Part shown: in pieces, positions 49,982 through 61,076 of the stretch
How positions within the stretch are numbered: the stretch's first letter is position 1
How the letters are laid out: every line of letters starts with the position of its first letter
The notes under the pieces: generated by a model
What the model was told of the DNA's origin: nothing
Databases searched by the model: none
The model's input: only the letters and a program-made list of their open reading frames with translations
Position numbers and translations under genes: made by a program
Assembly (NCBI GenBank): GCA_050255935.1
Contig: JBFWIP010000002.1
Coordinates: forward strand, 4,636-68,635
DNA from: Desulfobulbus sp.
Lineage (GTDB): Bacteria > Desulfobacterota > Desulfobulbia > Desulfobulbales > Desulfobulbaceae
Length of the DNA: 64,000 nucleotides
Reading direction: 5' to 3'

Positions 49982-51313
49982 ATGGCTAGATCCCGCCCTT
50001 CTTCCTTGCAGGCCTTTATCTACCGTACGCTGACCTTACGTCTGGCTATGATGGCTGTCGTTCTCGGGTTTCTTATCGGCTGTGTCGTCTATCTTTCAGA
50101 ACGACAGAACCTGCAGGCCCAAGTGGTCGAAGGAGCACGCATAGAAATCCAACTGCTGATTGACCGTACTTCTCACCTTGTGGCTGAACAGAGCAAGGAT
50201 CCTCGGGTTGCATTTCATCAAGCCCTGGAGGAACGACTATCGATTAGACGCCAATCCAAAGATGGCGGGTTTGTTTATGCCAAATTCTATCAGGTGGGTA
50301 GCACTGATAGTGAGGAGCGGATAGACGCCAATTACCCGTTGATAGATGCTGTTAAACAATTTGCCCAATCTCTTCAACGAAGCACTTCCGCTATGCAGGG
50401 TGAAAAGGCAGAAGCCGTTACACTCGGCGGGCGGCTGCATATTTGGGTGCTCATGCCGATCTTTCAAAGTGTAGGCTCGAATCCGTCGTATGCCTTGGCG
50501 ATTTTCGCTCCTTCAAAAAGCGCTCGGCAAGCATTACATAAAAAATTACAACGAAGCATAATACTCGCACTACTGATTGTTGGCGCAACCAGTGTGCTCT
50601 TGTATCCGGTCATCCTGCAACTTGTCCATAAACTGACCCAATTCTCACAAAATTTACTTGATGCCAATCTTGGCACCCTTTCACTTTTGGCCAGTGCTAT
50701 CTCGAAGCGTGATAGTGATACGGATATACACAATTACCGCGTCACCTTATATGCAGTGCGTTTAGCCGAAACACTTCATCTGGAGAACAGTGCGATTCAG
50801 ACCATGATCAAAGGGGCTTTTCTTCACGATGTCGGTAAGATCGGTGTTCGAGACGATATCCTGCTTAAACCCGATAAACTCGATGTTGAAGAATTTGTAG
50901 AGATGCAGGCGCATGTGGGCTATGGACTTGATATTATAAGTAGCTCTATGTGGCTTGCCGATGCAGCCCAAGTGGTCGGTTGTCACCATGAAAAGTACGA
51001 TGGCAGCGGTTATCCGGCGGGACAGGCAGGGGAAGCTATTCCCTTGGCGGCACGAATCTTTGCCGTGGTCGACGTTTTTGATGCGCTTACCTCAAAACGA
51101 CCATACAAACAGCCGCTCTCATTTGAGGCCACGATGGATATTCTTCAACAGGGACGAGGAAGCCATTTTGATCCAATTATTGTTGATGTGTTTGCTACTA
51201 TTGCCCCTGATTTGTACCAGGGCTTCGCGGGTTGTGACGATCAGAGGCTTCGCGACCATCTTAGAGCACTAATTACCCGCTATTTCAGCCAGGGGGACAT
51301 TGTACTGGGCTGA
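49982..51313 (+). CDS. Membrane-anchored HD-GYP c-di-GMP phosphodiesterase
   Basis: TM-periplasmic-TM N-terminus; LHDVGKIG, HHEKYDGSGYP, DVFDALTSKRPYK. Confidence 0.9.
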   Translation: MARSRPSSLQAFIYRTLTLRLAMMAVVLGFLIGCVVYLSERQNLQAQVVEGARIEIQLLIDRTSHLVAEQSKDPRVAFHQALEERLSIRRQSKDGGFVYAKFYQVGSTDSEERIDANYPLIDAVKQFAQSLQRSTSAMQGEKAEAVTLGGRLHIWVLMPIFQSVGSNPSYALAIFAPSKSARQALHKKLQRSIILALLIVGATSVLLYPVILQLVHKLTQFSQNLLDANLGTLSLLASAISKRDSDTDIHNYRVTLYAVRLAETLHLENSAIQTMIKGAFLHDVGKIGVRDDILLKPDKLDVEEFVEMQAHVGYGLDIISSSMWLADAAQVVGCHHEKYDGSGYPAGQAGEAIPLAARIFAVVDVFDALTSKRPYKQPLSFEATMDILQQGRGSHFDPIIVDVFATIAPDLYQGFAGCDDQRLRDHLRALITRYFSQGDIVLG

Positions 51314-51585
51314 ACCAACTTTGCATGTGGTCGGATATGCGTTTCCTTGTAGCTTGAGATTGTTTTTTTTGCATTTTTGTCGATGCAATCCAGGTGCTTT
51401 CATCGCCTATTTGCATATTCTGTTTGGATCAAATATGGTTATAGAGAAGGACTCTTGGTTTTTAGAAATGCCGCCCCGGTCGGAAGTTGTACATCAATCG
51501 TCAAATCAGTTGTTTGGTTGTGGTGAGGAACTGCCCGTGGAGATTTTCTCCATTATTGTCCGTTTAACTTTTTGGGAGCATTTAT

Positions 51586-51951
51586 ATGAGATACCTGATT
51601 GTTGCGACAGCATTATTTATGGCCAGTTTAGCGCAAACAGCCGATTCGCATGAATTTCATGTGAAAAATGCGGAAGGGATTGTGGATATTTGCAGTGTTC
51701 CTTTGGATGATCCTCGCCATGACAATGCAAAGGCCTTCTGTCATGGATATCTTGTAGGGGCCTATCAATATTATGATGCAACGGTGCCAGCGGTGGAACG
51801 CTTTGTATGTGCACCAGAGCCGACCCCTTCGCTCTCCGACGTAACAGATGGATTTGTCGTGTGGGCCAAGGCACACCCCCAATACATGCAAGAACGTGCA
51901 GCAGATGCTCTGTTTAGGTACTTGGCTGAAAACTATCCGTGTGGAAAATAG
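51586..51951 (+). CDS. Rap1a/Tai-like exported protein
   Basis: Signal peptide; pattern C..AFCHGYLVG..C.P....WAKAHP...A...L...YPC. GGAG SD. Confidence 0.7.
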   Translation: MRYLIVATALFMASLAQTADSHEFHVKNAEGIVDICSVPLDDPRHDNAKAFCHGYLVGAYQYYDATVPAVERFVCAPEPTPSLSDVTDGFVVWAKAHPQYMQERAADALFRYLAENYPCGK

Positions 51952-51986
51952 TATCCAGGATTAATTTATACGGCAGGAGAAATTCC

Positions 51987-52256
51987 ATGAAGCGTAAACT
52001 GATCGTTTTTAGCGTCTTGGTGAGTTTGATGACCATGAGTGGTTGCGCCAACATGAACGATACGCAGAAGCGTATGGCGACAGGGGCCGCAATAGGGGGA
52101 GCCTCTGCTGGTATTATTTCCGGAAAATGGGGGTGGGCCGCAGTAGGTGCGGCAGCTGGCGCTACGGGGGGATATTTATACGATCAAAGCAAAAAAAATG
52201 AACAAAAAGCCTACCAAAAAGGCGTGAAGGATGGCCAAGCAAAGAAGTCCAAATAA
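51987..52256 (+). CDS. Glycine-zipper lipoprotein
   Basis: Lipobox MSGC, ATGAAIGG..AAVGAAAGATGGYLYDQ. AGGAG SD. Confidence 0.85.
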   Translation: MKRKLIVFSVLVSLMTMSGCANMNDTQKRMATGAAIGGASAGIISGKWGWAAVGAAAGATGGYLYDQSKKNEQKAYQKGVKDGQAKKSK

Positions 52257-52669
52257 TCGTAAATTAATGGAATCCTAACGCTGAAACCAAAATTGACAGC
52301 TTTCAGCTTTTAAAGACAGAAGAGAAACATGCCGTCGTTCTGACTTGATTTGCCCGACGAAACCCTGCAGGACTGGGATATTGTCGCATCAAGCCAGAAC
52401 GTAAGCAATCACAGCCCCCTTGATCAGTTGCGTCAGAACTGATGAATTAAGTTTTTCGGAGAGAGTTGGTCTCAGGATCGACATATTCAAGGAACCTGCG
52501 GTTTGGGTGCAGTCCCTAACCCTCATTTGACACTAAAATAATATTTACGTTCTGCTTCTCAAGCCAAATGAGACCCTCAGACCGGTTTCTGCCATCACTC
52601 TTTTATATTGGGGCCTCTTTGTTCGCCAGTTCTAATAGTGCCTCAGGCCTCCAGTGGATATCTTGTTCT

Positions 52670-52966
52670 TCAAGTATTTTCCGGTACCGGTGTTTTCCAG
52701 TTTTCTTTAATCCATCCAATCGTGTCCTTTTGGCTGATTGCACCTTTAGGGAGATGCTCGTGGAGCATTTTTTCCACCCTAGCGCCAAATTCTTCCACGC
52801 TCCAAGCCAAGTGCTCACTCAGGTAGTTAATGAGATAGACAACTTCCTCGCCCTCATTTTTATTGAACACTGTGGTGTCGGGAACCCCTGAAACTTTCGG
52901 GTCATTTTTATCGTATTCGGACCAGGAATAGTCAAATATCAGGTCTTTCTTGCTGAAGGTATCCAT
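52670..52966 (-). CDS. Hypothetical protein
   Basis: 98-aa ORF with a GAGGTG SD and a protein-like composition (YSWS..DP...PDTT.FN..EG.EV..LIN). Confidence 0.7.
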   Translation of the reverse strand: MDTFSKKDLIFDYSWSEYDKNDPKVSGVPDTTVFNKNEGEEVVYLINYLSEHLAWSVEEFGARVEKMLHEHLPKGAISQKDTIGWIKENWKTPVPENT

Positions 52967-53089
52967 ACATTCACCTCATGAACAAAGGGGATATCGGGTT
53001 GACATCACCTGTACAACTATTTTAAGCATTAGTTTGATCCTGTCCCACCCTGTGATGGTCATTAGCCCGGTATCTTTTTTTTTGTTGCA

Positions 53090-53728
53090 ATGCGGGAGAT
53101 TGATAAAGTGGCTCAAAACCAAGACTCCAATTTTACTCCATTATTCTTGACGTCTTACCTTGAGACCAGCGAGTATATCGACTGGCAGCAGACGGATGTT
53201 CTTGCCAAGGCAAAAGAGCTTGCTCAGGGGGCCGAAACCGATGAGGAGGTTGCCCGGCGCTGCTACCTGTTTGTCCGCGATTGCATCCTTCACAGTTGGG
53301 ATCACCAAAAAAATCCCGTAACCTGTAAGGCCTCGGAGGTACTACTCCACCAAACCGGCTACTGTTACGCAAAAAGCCATCTTCTGGCAGCGCTTCTCCG
53401 GGCCAACGACATTCCCGCAGGCCTGTGTTACCAACGACTATCAGTCGGATCGGGGGGCCCGCCGTATTGCCTACACGGGTTGAATGCGGTTTATCTCCAG
53501 GCTTACGGCTGGTACCGAATAGATCCCAGGGGCAACAAATTCGGCGTGCAGGCCGAATTTACTCCGCCGCTTGAAAACTTGGCCTTTGCCATGAACGAAC
53601 CCCAGGAGCGTGATTTGCCGGAGATTTGGCCGAAACCGCATCCGGTGGTGGTTGATATCCTCACTACCATGGCCACGGTCGAGCAGGTCTTCGATAATTT
53701 ACCGGATATCGAACTTTTGAGCTTTTGA
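53090..53728 (+). CDS. Transglutaminase-like domain protein
   Basis: Cys-His-Asp triad: GYCYAKSHL, LHGLNAV, WYRIDPRG. Confidence 0.88.
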   Translation: MREIDKVAQNQDSNFTPLFLTSYLETSEYIDWQQTDVLAKAKELAQGAETDEEVARRCYLFVRDCILHSWDHQKNPVTCKASEVLLHQTGYCYAKSHLLAALLRANDIPAGLCYQRLSVGSGGPPYCLHGLNAVYLQAYGWYRIDPRGNKFGVQAEFTPPLENLAFAMNEPQERDLPEIWPKPHPVVVDILTTMATVEQVFDNLPDIELLSF

Positions 53729-53740
53729 CAGGGAATTCCC

Positions 53741-54148
53741 ATGCAGGTCGATGCACTTGATCATTTGGTCCTCACTGTCGTTGATGTTGAGAAGACAGCA
53801 GCGTTCTATGAGCAGGTTCTGGGCATGCAGATGATCGTGTTTGCTGGTGGACGTAAGGCACTTTTTTTCGGTGCGCAAAAAATTAACCTGCACCAGTTCG
53901 GTCATGAGTTTGAACCAAAGGCGCAACTGCCGACTCCCGGTTCGGCCGATTTATGCTTCATTACTTCGACCCCATTAACCGAGGTGGCAAATCACTTACG
54001 GAAATGCGGTGTGGATATTATCGAAGGGCCGGTCAGGCGAACCGGAGCAATGGGGTCGATTCTTTCCCTCTATTTTCGCGATCCGGACCTTAATCTAGTG
54101 GAAGTCGCCAATAGTTTGAAAATAATAGACAATAAAGTGGAGTCGTAG
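53741..54148 (+). CDS. VOC/glyoxalase family protein
   Basis: LDHLVLTV, FG.QKINLH, PGSADLCF, YFRDPDLNLVE. Confidence 0.92.
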   Translation: MQVDALDHLVLTVVDVEKTAAFYEQVLGMQMIVFAGGRKALFFGAQKINLHQFGHEFEPKAQLPTPGSADLCFITSTPLTEVANHLRKCGVDIIEGPVRRTGAMGSILSLYFRDPDLNLVEVANSLKIIDNKVES

Positions 54149-54190
54149 CTGCTCTTGAATGCGTGGACATACAGCTTAAAGGAGGAAGGG

Positions 54191-54817
54191 ATGCGACAAA
54201 TTCAGGTTAGGTATTTCCGGTTATTTTGTTTGTTTTTTCTTATGATTTGGGCTGGCCCCTTAACCGTGACAGAGTTGTGGGCGCAAATCCCTGTCCCGAG
54301 TCGGTGGCAGGGAGAAATATCGGGAGAGGTCCATGGCGTTGCCTTCAACTTACCGATTTCATTAGAGTTAAGTCCGCCAATAGCGGGTGAACAAAATCCC
54401 TTTCATGTGTTTGTCGGTACCGGGGAGGCGGATCAGGTGGGGAATGTGTACCTGAGCAGTGCGGTTCGTGTCAATACGTCCCAGGGACCGGTGACACTGC
54501 AGTACCTGTCGGTTTCCGCGCAAGATGCTCGCTTTTCGGTTAACCTTACCCAAAACCATGGAGCGGAAGCGGCTAAGGTCAACGGTTTTTCTGGGCCGAA
54601 TGTTTCTGCCGACCAGGCTTCCAATTTAATGAAGGACGTTCTTCGTAGTGCCTGGGGAGCCTCGGAAATGTTTGGATTTACTGTCGGAGCAGAGGTTGAG
54701 GTTGAGCAGCGGGGGAACGAACTCGTTGGTTCCCTTGCAGGAAGCGGGAGGAGTTATACCGGGACATCCACGGATGTCATCTATCGAGCGCAATTCAAAG
54801 CAGTTCGGGTGAAATAG
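54191..54817 (+). CDS. Hypothetical exported beta-rich protein
   Basis: GGAGG SD, signal-peptide-like N-terminus, beta-strand pattern. Confidence 0.65.
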   Translation: MRQIQVRYFRLFCLFFLMIWAGPLTVTELWAQIPVPSRWQGEISGEVHGVAFNLPISLELSPPIAGEQNPFHVFVGTGEADQVGNVYLSSAVRVNTSQGPVTLQYLSVSAQDARFSVNLTQNHGAEAAKVNGFSGPNVSADQASNLMKDVLRSAWGASEMFGFTVGAEVEVEQRGNELVGSLAGSGRSYTGTSTDVIYRAQFKAVRVK

Positions 54818-55136
54818 CCGCTACTCAATTTTTGGGATTGTTTGGGGCGGGCGCTTCGGCCAAGCGAAGGAAATCGTCATTCCTGGCAAGCAATCCAGGC
54901 CACGACGCTGGTCAAACAGGAGTCGGGTTCTTATTCTTATAGAGTATGTTTATGGCCAATATTGTCGCTCTTGTAAAAAATACGGAAACGATGTTTCGCG
55001 CTTCGTAACATACTGTTTTCACGAGGAGCAGTTCTTTGCTTTTTTTACTTTTTACGAAGCCATCAATATCCCGTGAGTGCAATGTCGGCTCCCGGCAATG
55101 TACTTAAGTGAAAAACAATTTATGTCTGAGGTGACT

Positions 55137-55580
55137 ATGAATACGGTGATTGTCTGCCCTGAATGCGGGGCAAAGAACAGAATTCCTGAGGATAAACAGC
55201 ATCTGACCCCTAAATGCGGGAAGTGTGGAAATGCCCTTGCCGGCGTGCCTGTTTCCGGAAAGGTTAATGGTCTGACCGATGCGGCCTTTCATGCTCAGGT
55301 AGAGCAGTCCAAATTGCCGGTTCTGCTCGACTTTTATTCACCCACCTGCGGGCCCTGTAAAATGATTGCACCAGTCGTTGAAACCCTGGCCCAGGAGTAT
55401 TCCGGTCGGTTGCTGGTCTTCAAGCTCGATACTTCCACCCAGCAGATGACTGCGGCCCGCTTCCAGATTCGCGGCGTGCCGACCCTGCTTTTCATCCAGA
55501 ATGGCAAGGTGGTGGATCAGCTGGTTGGTGCAGTGCCGCGCGCTGAAATAGAACAGCGCATCCAACAGATGGTTGGCTAA
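55137..55580 (+). CDS. trxC: Thioredoxin 2 with N-terminal Zn finger
   Basis: CPECGAKNR..CGKCG Zn ribbon; active site TCGPC; cis-Pro GVPT. Confidence 0.88.
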   Translation: MNTVIVCPECGAKNRIPEDKQHLTPKCGKCGNALAGVPVSGKVNGLTDAAFHAQVEQSKLPVLLDFYSPTCGPCKMIAPVVETLAQEYSGRLLVFKLDTSTQQMTAARFQIRGVPTLLFIQNGKVVDQLVGAVPRAEIEQRIQQMVG

Positions 55581-55707
55581 CCCGTATTGCTCAAGAATAT
55601 TTTGTGCCAACTGGACAGAAACGCCCAAAAAAATAAAAATGACACCGCCTGAACTGATAAGGGAATCCGTGTTAAATCTCCATGTTTAGGTAGAATTTTT
55701 GCAACTC

Positions 55708-55755
55708 GGCCTGTTACCATCTTCAGAGATGAAGTTCGGTAACAGGCCTTTTTTT
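55708..55755. terminator. Rho-independent terminator between convergent genes
   Basis: GGCCTGTTACC...GGTAACAGGCC 11-bp stem followed by a T-run. Confidence 0.75.
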
Positions 55756-55776
55756 ATTTTTTTGTGAAGATTTTTT

Positions 55777-57180
55777 TCAGCCTTTTCCGGGTTTGGTGCC
55801 GTCCTGCTCCAGAGTCAAATCGCCTCCCAGTGCCTTAACCAGATTGATGTGGTTTTGCAGTTGGTTGTTACGGTTTTCCGCCAGGTTGATTTCCGCCTGT
55901 CGCCGATTTTCCTGTGCATCCAACCAGTCTTGCAAAGTGGCGGCTCCAGACGTATATCGAAGGCGGTAGATGGCCTCGGTTTGAAGGGCTGCCTCCAGGG
56001 TTGCTTCCAGTTTTTCTGCCTGCAAACGGTACTGTTTTCGGGCAGAAAGTCCATTCTCCACCTCACTTAAAGCCGTATAGAGGTTCTGGCGAAATTCGAT
56101 GATGGCCTGTTGATAATCGGTTTCCGAAATTTTGATGTTGCGCTGCATATCCCGCCATTGCACAAAGGGTAGGGCTAAATCAGCTCCAAGGGTGGCGATG
56201 GGATTGCTAAGCAGGCGTGCGAGTTGATCACTGGTGCCGCCATAGACACCGCTGAGATTGATGCTTGGATAGTAACTGGCCCGCGTCGCGTCGGTTTCGG
56301 CCAGGCTCGAGCGAAGGCGGGCTTCCGCGGCCCGCAGATCCGGACGTCTTGCAAGCAGTTGTGCCGGCATGCCGGCATCGATTCCCGGGAATGTCACCTT
56401 TTGCAGACTCTGGAGCTCTTGAATTGGCAATGAGCGCGGTGGCCCACCTAATAATATGGCCAGCGCATTTCTTGTTTCAACCTGTTGCTGCACCAGTTGG
56501 GTGTGGCTCGCCTCCTGGTTGGCCAGGCTGCCTTCAGCCTCCAAAATCTCCAGTTTACTGGCGGCCCCGGCCGCTTTTTGTACCCGCACCAGGTTCAGGG
56601 TTTGTTGGGCGTATTCGATGCTGGCTTGGCTTAAACTCAGGCGCTGGTTGAGATAACCGATCTGCCAGTACAGCGATGCCGTGGTGGCAACAAGGGAAAG
56701 GGCGGTGCTTTGCCGATCCTGTTCGGTGGCCACGGCTTCCCAGCGGGCCGCATCGGCTGTGCTGCCAAGTTTGTCCCACAGATCAATATCATAGCTGACC
56801 ACACCCGATGCGCTGAAGCTGCGGTTTTCGTTGCTTGCGGAACCAAGACTGCGACTGATCTGCCCACTTCCCTGAACAGATAGGCTGGGTAAGCGGTCAC
56901 TTTCAGCCAGTTCCGCTTGGAGTCGGGCCTTGCGCAGTTGCAGGGCTGCAACTGCCAGATCGCTATTGTGCGCAAGAACCTCGTCAATCAGCTGGTTAAG
57001 GTCGGCATCGTCAAACCGCCTCCACCAGTGATCTACGCCTGCCGACCGTGTATCTAAGGCTTGACTCCAGTTTTGGGGTACATCAAGCTTGGGTCTGGTG
57101 TAGGTGCTGTGCTGGCTGCAACCGCCAAGCATCAACCCCAGACAGGCGAGAAAGGGCAGGGCATATTTCGTTTTAACCAT
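55777..57180 (-). CDS. Outer-membrane efflux lipoprotein (TolC/NodT family)
   Basis: Lipobox LGGC, YDIDLW, RRPDLRAAE, KALGG. Confidence 0.9.
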   Translation of the reverse strand: MVKTKYALPFLACLGLMLGGCSQHSTYTRPKLDVPQNWSQALDTRSAGVDHWWRRFDDADLNQLIDEVLAHNSDLAVAALQLRKARLQAELAESDRLPSLSVQGSGQISRSLGSASNENRSFSASGVVSYDIDLWDKLGSTADAARWEAVATEQDRQSTALSLVATTASLYWQIGYLNQRLSLSQASIEYAQQTLNLVRVQKAAGAASKLEILEAEGSLANQEASHTQLVQQQVETRNALAILLGGPPRSLPIQELQSLQKVTFPGIDAGMPAQLLARRPDLRAAEARLRSSLAETDATRASYYPSINLSGVYGGTSDQLARLLSNPIATLGADLALPFVQWRDMQRNIKISETDYQQAIIEFRQNLYTALSEVENGLSARKQYRLQAEKLEATLEAALQTEAIYRLRYTSGAATLQDWLDAQENRRQAEINLAENRNNQLQNHINLVKALGGDLTLEQDGTKPGKG

Positions 57181-57183
57181 GAG

Positions 57184-59145
57184 TTACTCCCTGGCCAAGG
57201 CGACCACCGGGTCCAGGCGGGCAGCATTGCGGGCCGGAAGGAATCCGAACAGTACACCGATAAAGGTGGAGCAGAGAAAGGCAGAAATTATGGCGCTGGT
57301 GGAGTAGATCATTTTGAAATCAATGCCGGATAACTTCACCGCCAGACCGACTCCCAAAGCCAGGCTTACGCCGAGTAAACCACCGAGCAGGCAAACCAGG
57401 ATCGCCTCAATAAGAAACTGCTGCATGATGTCGCTGTGACGGGCACCCACGGCCATGCGTACCCCGATCTCCTGGGTCCGTTCGGTCACCGAAACCAGCA
57501 TAATGTTCATGACCCCGATACCGCCGACCACCAGGGAAATCAGGGCAATGGAGGAGATGAGCAGGGTCATGGTCTGGGTGGTTTTTTCAATGGTCTGGCG
57601 GATGGCATCCAAATTGGACACGAAAAAGTCCTTGGTGCCATGGCGCTGGGTCAGCAGCTTGACCGCACTTTGTTCCGCCACATTGGTGCTCACATCATCC
57701 GCCACCCGTACAATGATCGATTTTAGGTATTGTTGGCCGGTGAGGCGGGTCATGGCGGTGGTATAGGGCACCCAGACGTTAAGGCTGTCGGTGTCGCCGA
57801 AGTTGCTATCTTTTTTTTTGGTTACGCCGATAATGCGACAGGGAACGGTGCCGAGCATGATCACCTGGCCAAGCACCGGCCCGGGGTGGTCGGAAAACAG
57901 GGATTTTTTTGTATTATCATCAATGACCACATCTTGGGCACTGCCACGGACACTGGTGTCGTCAAATCGCTGGCCCTCGGCCAACTCGACCCCCTTGACC
58001 CGGAAATAATCTTCGCCCACGCCGTTGACCTGGGCGGTGACGCTGATGTTTCGATAGAGCAGGGTGACCGACTTGGTGACCATGGGGGTGGTCGTGTCCA
58101 CGTAGGGCTGTTGGGCTAGGGCGTCGGCATCGCGGGGAATCAGTGTTTGGACCTTGCCAGAACGCATGTCACCGAAATCTTTGCCCGGATAAATGTTGAT
58201 GGTGTTGGTTCCCATCGAACTGATATCTTTAAGGATTCGTTGTCGGGACCCTTCCCCGAGCGCCACCACCGAAACCACCGAGGCAATGCCGATGATGATG
58301 CCGAGCATGGTCAGGAGAGTGCGGAGTCGGTGCGAAGCCATAGCGAGAACCGCCATGTGGAAAGCCTCGGCAAACCGACCCCACTGGGCACGCCAGGCCG
58401 GGACGACAGCGGCCTGTGGTGTGGCCAGGGTAGCTCTTTCTGTATTCGGTTTGACCTGACGATCACCTGTAATCACCCCGTCGCGCAACTCGATGATCCG
58501 GTCGGCATGCTGAGCCACCTGCATATCGTGGGTGACCAGAATTACCGTATGTCCGTCCTGATTGAGCTCCTTGAGGACCTTGATTACTTCGTTGCCGCTG
58601 TTGGTGTCGAGTGCTCCGGTGGGTTCGTCGGCAAGGATCACCGAGCCGCCGTTCATCAGTGCCCGGGCAATGGAAACCCGCTGCTGCTGGCCACCGGACA
58701 ATTGCCCTGGGACATGCTCCAGGCGATCGGCCATGTTGAGTCGGCTCAGGAGTTTCTCGGCCCTTTCCAAACGGGCGTTGCTGTCCATCCCCGCGTAAAC
58801 CGCAGGTATTTCGACGTTGGCGAGGGCATTGAGGTTGTTGAGCAAATGATAACGCTGGAAAATGAATCCGAAATATTCCCGGCGGAGATAAGCCAGTTCG
58901 TCGGGCTCCAGGGTGCCGGTCTCCTGACCGTTGACACGATATACCCCCCGACTGGGCCTGTCCAGGCAGCCGATAATGTTCATCAGGGTCGACTTGCCCG
59001 AGCCCGAAGTGCCGACAATAGCAACCATCTCCCCCGCCTCAATGGTCAGGTTGATGGTGTTGAGTACGGTCAGCATCTCGTCCCCGGAGGGATAGTCGCG
59101 GTAGACGTTCTCGAGCTGAATCAGTGGTGTTGCCTTTGTCGTCAT
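57184..59145 (-). CDS. macB: MacB ABC exporter (NBD-permease fusion)
   Basis: [52 protein letters not shown]. Confidence 0.95.
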   Translation of the reverse strand: MTTKATPLIQLENVYRDYPSGDEMLTVLNTINLTIEAGEMVAIVGTSGSGKSTLMNIIGCLDRPSRGVYRVNGQETGTLEPDELAYLRREYFGFIFQRYHLLNNLNALANVEIPAVYAGMDSNARLERAEKLLSRLNMADRLEHVPGQLSGGQQQRVSIARALMNGGSVILADEPTGALDTNSGNEVIKVLKELNQDGHTVILVTHDMQVAQHADRIIELRDGVITGDRQVKPNTERATLATPQAAVVPAWRAQWGRFAEAFHMAVLAMASHRLRTLLTMLGIIIGIASVVSVVALGEGSRQRILKDISSMGTNTINIYPGKDFGDMRSGKVQTLIPRDADALAQQPYVDTTTPMVTKSVTLLYRNISVTAQVNGVGEDYFRVKGVELAEGQRFDDTSVRGSAQDVVIDDNTKKSLFSDHPGPVLGQVIMLGTVPCRIIGVTKKKDSNFGDTDSLNVWVPYTTAMTRLTGQQYLKSIIVRVADDVSTNVAEQSAVKLLTQRHGTKDFFVSNLDAIRQTIEKTTQTMTLLISSIALISLVVGGIGVMNIMLVSVTERTQEIGVRMAVGARHSDIMQQFLIEAILVCLLGGLLGVSLALGVGLAVKLSGIDFKMIYSTSAIISAFLCSTFIGVLFGFLPARNAARLDPVVALARE

Positions 59146-60368
59146 TACAGCATCCCTGGAGGCGGCCCGTGCCTGCGCATGCCGGATGAGGACGTGGTTG
59201 TGGCTGCGGTCTTATCACCGATCACCACCCGTTGACCTTCGCTTAGCCCCTCAAGTACCTCGGCCTGGACATTATTGTTGAGCCCGATCTTGATCCACTG
59301 TTCATGGGTCTGCTCCGGCCCGTCGGCCACCTGCACCAGGTATCGGCCCTGGCGGTCCTTGTTCCCCAGCGCTGCCGAGGGAATAATCAGGGCCTCTTTG
59401 GCTTCGGCAAGGACGATGTTGACCTGAGTGGTCATGGAGATGCGCAGCCTACCGTCCGGGTTGGGCACGTCGAGTACCCCCATGTAGTAGATGGCCGTAC
59501 TGGAACTCGTGGAAGAGGATGAATTCGATGAACTGGAACTACTTTCGGTGGCTATTGATTGCGGTGCCGGTTCGATTGATTTGAGTTCCGCCGGGATCTG
59601 CTTGTCCGGTTCGCCGAGAATGGTGAAGTAGACCCGTTGGCCCGGCTTGACCTTGACCACATCGGCCTCGCTAATCTCCACCTTCACCGTCACCCGCTCC
59701 AGATTGGCCACTTTGATAATGGTGGGCGTGGTCTGGTTGGCGTTGACGGTCTGGCCTTCCTTGGTAACGATGGCCACGACTACCCCGTTGATCGGCGAGG
59801 TGATCTTCGTATAGCCCAGATCGATCTTGGCGGTGTCCACCGCGATACGGGCCTGCTCTATCTGGGCATTGAGCGATTCGATCTCTGCCTGCAGGACTTT
59901 GAGGTTAGCCTCGGCGGTTTCGAAATCTTCACGGGAGGAGGCGTCACCTTTGAGCATCTGTCGTTGGCGTTTATAGGTGAGTTCGGCCAGGGCCAGCGAG
60001 GCCTCCTTGGCTATTTTTTCCGCTTGGATTGCATCCAACCCCGCCTTTTTGGTGCGCAGTGTGTTTTGCTGCGGCAGGGAATCGATTTCCGCAACCAGTT
60101 GCCCAGCCCTGACTGTGTCACCAAGCTCAACCTTAAGTGATTTCAGCTGCCCGGAAACCTGGGCGCCGACACTCACCAGGTTGTCGGCCTCAATCTCGCC
60201 ACTCGCCAGAACCGTGGTTTCAATATTGCCGTGGGTAACCGGGGTGGTCATGGTGCCCGGTTGCTTGTCGCCACTGAAAAAATACCAGATGGAACCGGCA
60301 GCGACCAGTACCAGCAAGGCGAGCGTCAAGAGCCAGCGCCAACGTGATTTTTTTTTCATTTTCTGCAT
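59145..60368 (-). CDS. macA: MacA periplasmic adaptor
   Basis: [35 protein letters not shown]. Confidence 0.93.
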   Translation of the reverse strand: MQKMKKKSRWRWLLTLALLVLVAAGSIWYFFSGDKQPGTMTTPVTHGNIETTVLASGEIEADNLVSVGAQVSGQLKSLKVELGDTVRAGQLVAEIDSLPQQNTLRTKKAGLDAIQAEKIAKEASLALAELTYKRQRQMLKGDASSREDFETAEANLKVLQAEIESLNAQIEQARIAVDTAKIDLGYTKITSPINGVVVAIVTKEGQTVNANQTTPTIIKVANLERVTVKVEISEADVVKVKPGQRVYFTILGEPDKQIPAELKSIEPAPQSIATESSSSSSNSSSSTSSSTAIYYMGVLDVPNPDGRLRISMTTQVNIVLAEAKEALIIPSAALGNKDRQGRYLVQVADGPEQTHEQWIKIGLNNNVQAEVLEGLSEGQRVVIGDKTAATTTSSSGMRRHGPPPGML

Positions 60369-60562
60369 CGCTTGAAGTCGTCAATGACAAAAATTGGTGA
60401 CCATCCTGGTCGTTATCTGAAAAGGAGGGTGTTTATTCCCCGGAGAAAAGGCAAGAAATCGTCCACACAATAGGACAGAATAAACCACATGCCTAGGGTT
60501 GGCGCGCTGTTTTCCGGTTAACTTTTGTAAACAGCTGCCAACCGATGGCCCGAATCGGCCGA

Positions 60563-60958
60563 TTAATGGTCCCAACCGTGGTGTTGTTTTTGGCCGTATG
60601 AGGCATGTCGTCCGTGGTCTCTTCCGCGCTCCTGTTGATCACCCAGGGGGAGAAAACTCACCCCTATGAGAAGAGCAAAGATCACCATCAGGACTTTGCC
60701 CAGCGGTTGAGTCAGGGTCTTCAATAATGGGCCATAGTTGAGGGCGATATGGAGCCCGGCCGCGATCACCAGCAGCCAACTGAGCCACTCATGGGTCGGT
60801 TTGATCAGGCCGATGTGGACTTTGAAAAAGAGCAGGATACCGGTAATGGCCGAAAGGAGAAAGGCGCCCAGGGTAAAAGGTGTGACCCACTTGCGGGAGA
60901 GGTTCTGTTTTTTTGTGGGGTTATTGGTCGGTGGACTTGAAGTCGTGTTGTCGTTCAT
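60563..60958 (-). CDS. DUF4405-like small membrane protein
   Basis: TGILLFF..HEW....H...N, three TM helices. AGGAGG SD. Confidence 0.7.
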   Translation of the reverse strand: MNDNTTSSPPTNNPTKKQNLSRKWVTPFTLGAFLLSAITGILLFFKVHIGLIKPTHEWLSWLLVIAAGLHIALNYGPLLKTLTQPLGKVLMVIFALLIGVSFLPLGDQQERGRDHGRHASYGQKQHHGWDH

Positions 60959-61076
60959 GCCTTCCTCCTGAAGGAAAAGATTGGTATCACGGTTGATGGG
61001 ATCTTGCCCAGAAATGAAACAGAGGCAAGGTGCGATTTGATAGCCACTGGCCTCCGTTTAATCAGAGTGGTTTTTG

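Noticed and set aside
52260-52560. Integron attC cassette array in the accessory patch
   Set aside because: No proper RYYYAAC...GTTRRRY pairs, no repeated sites and no integrase.
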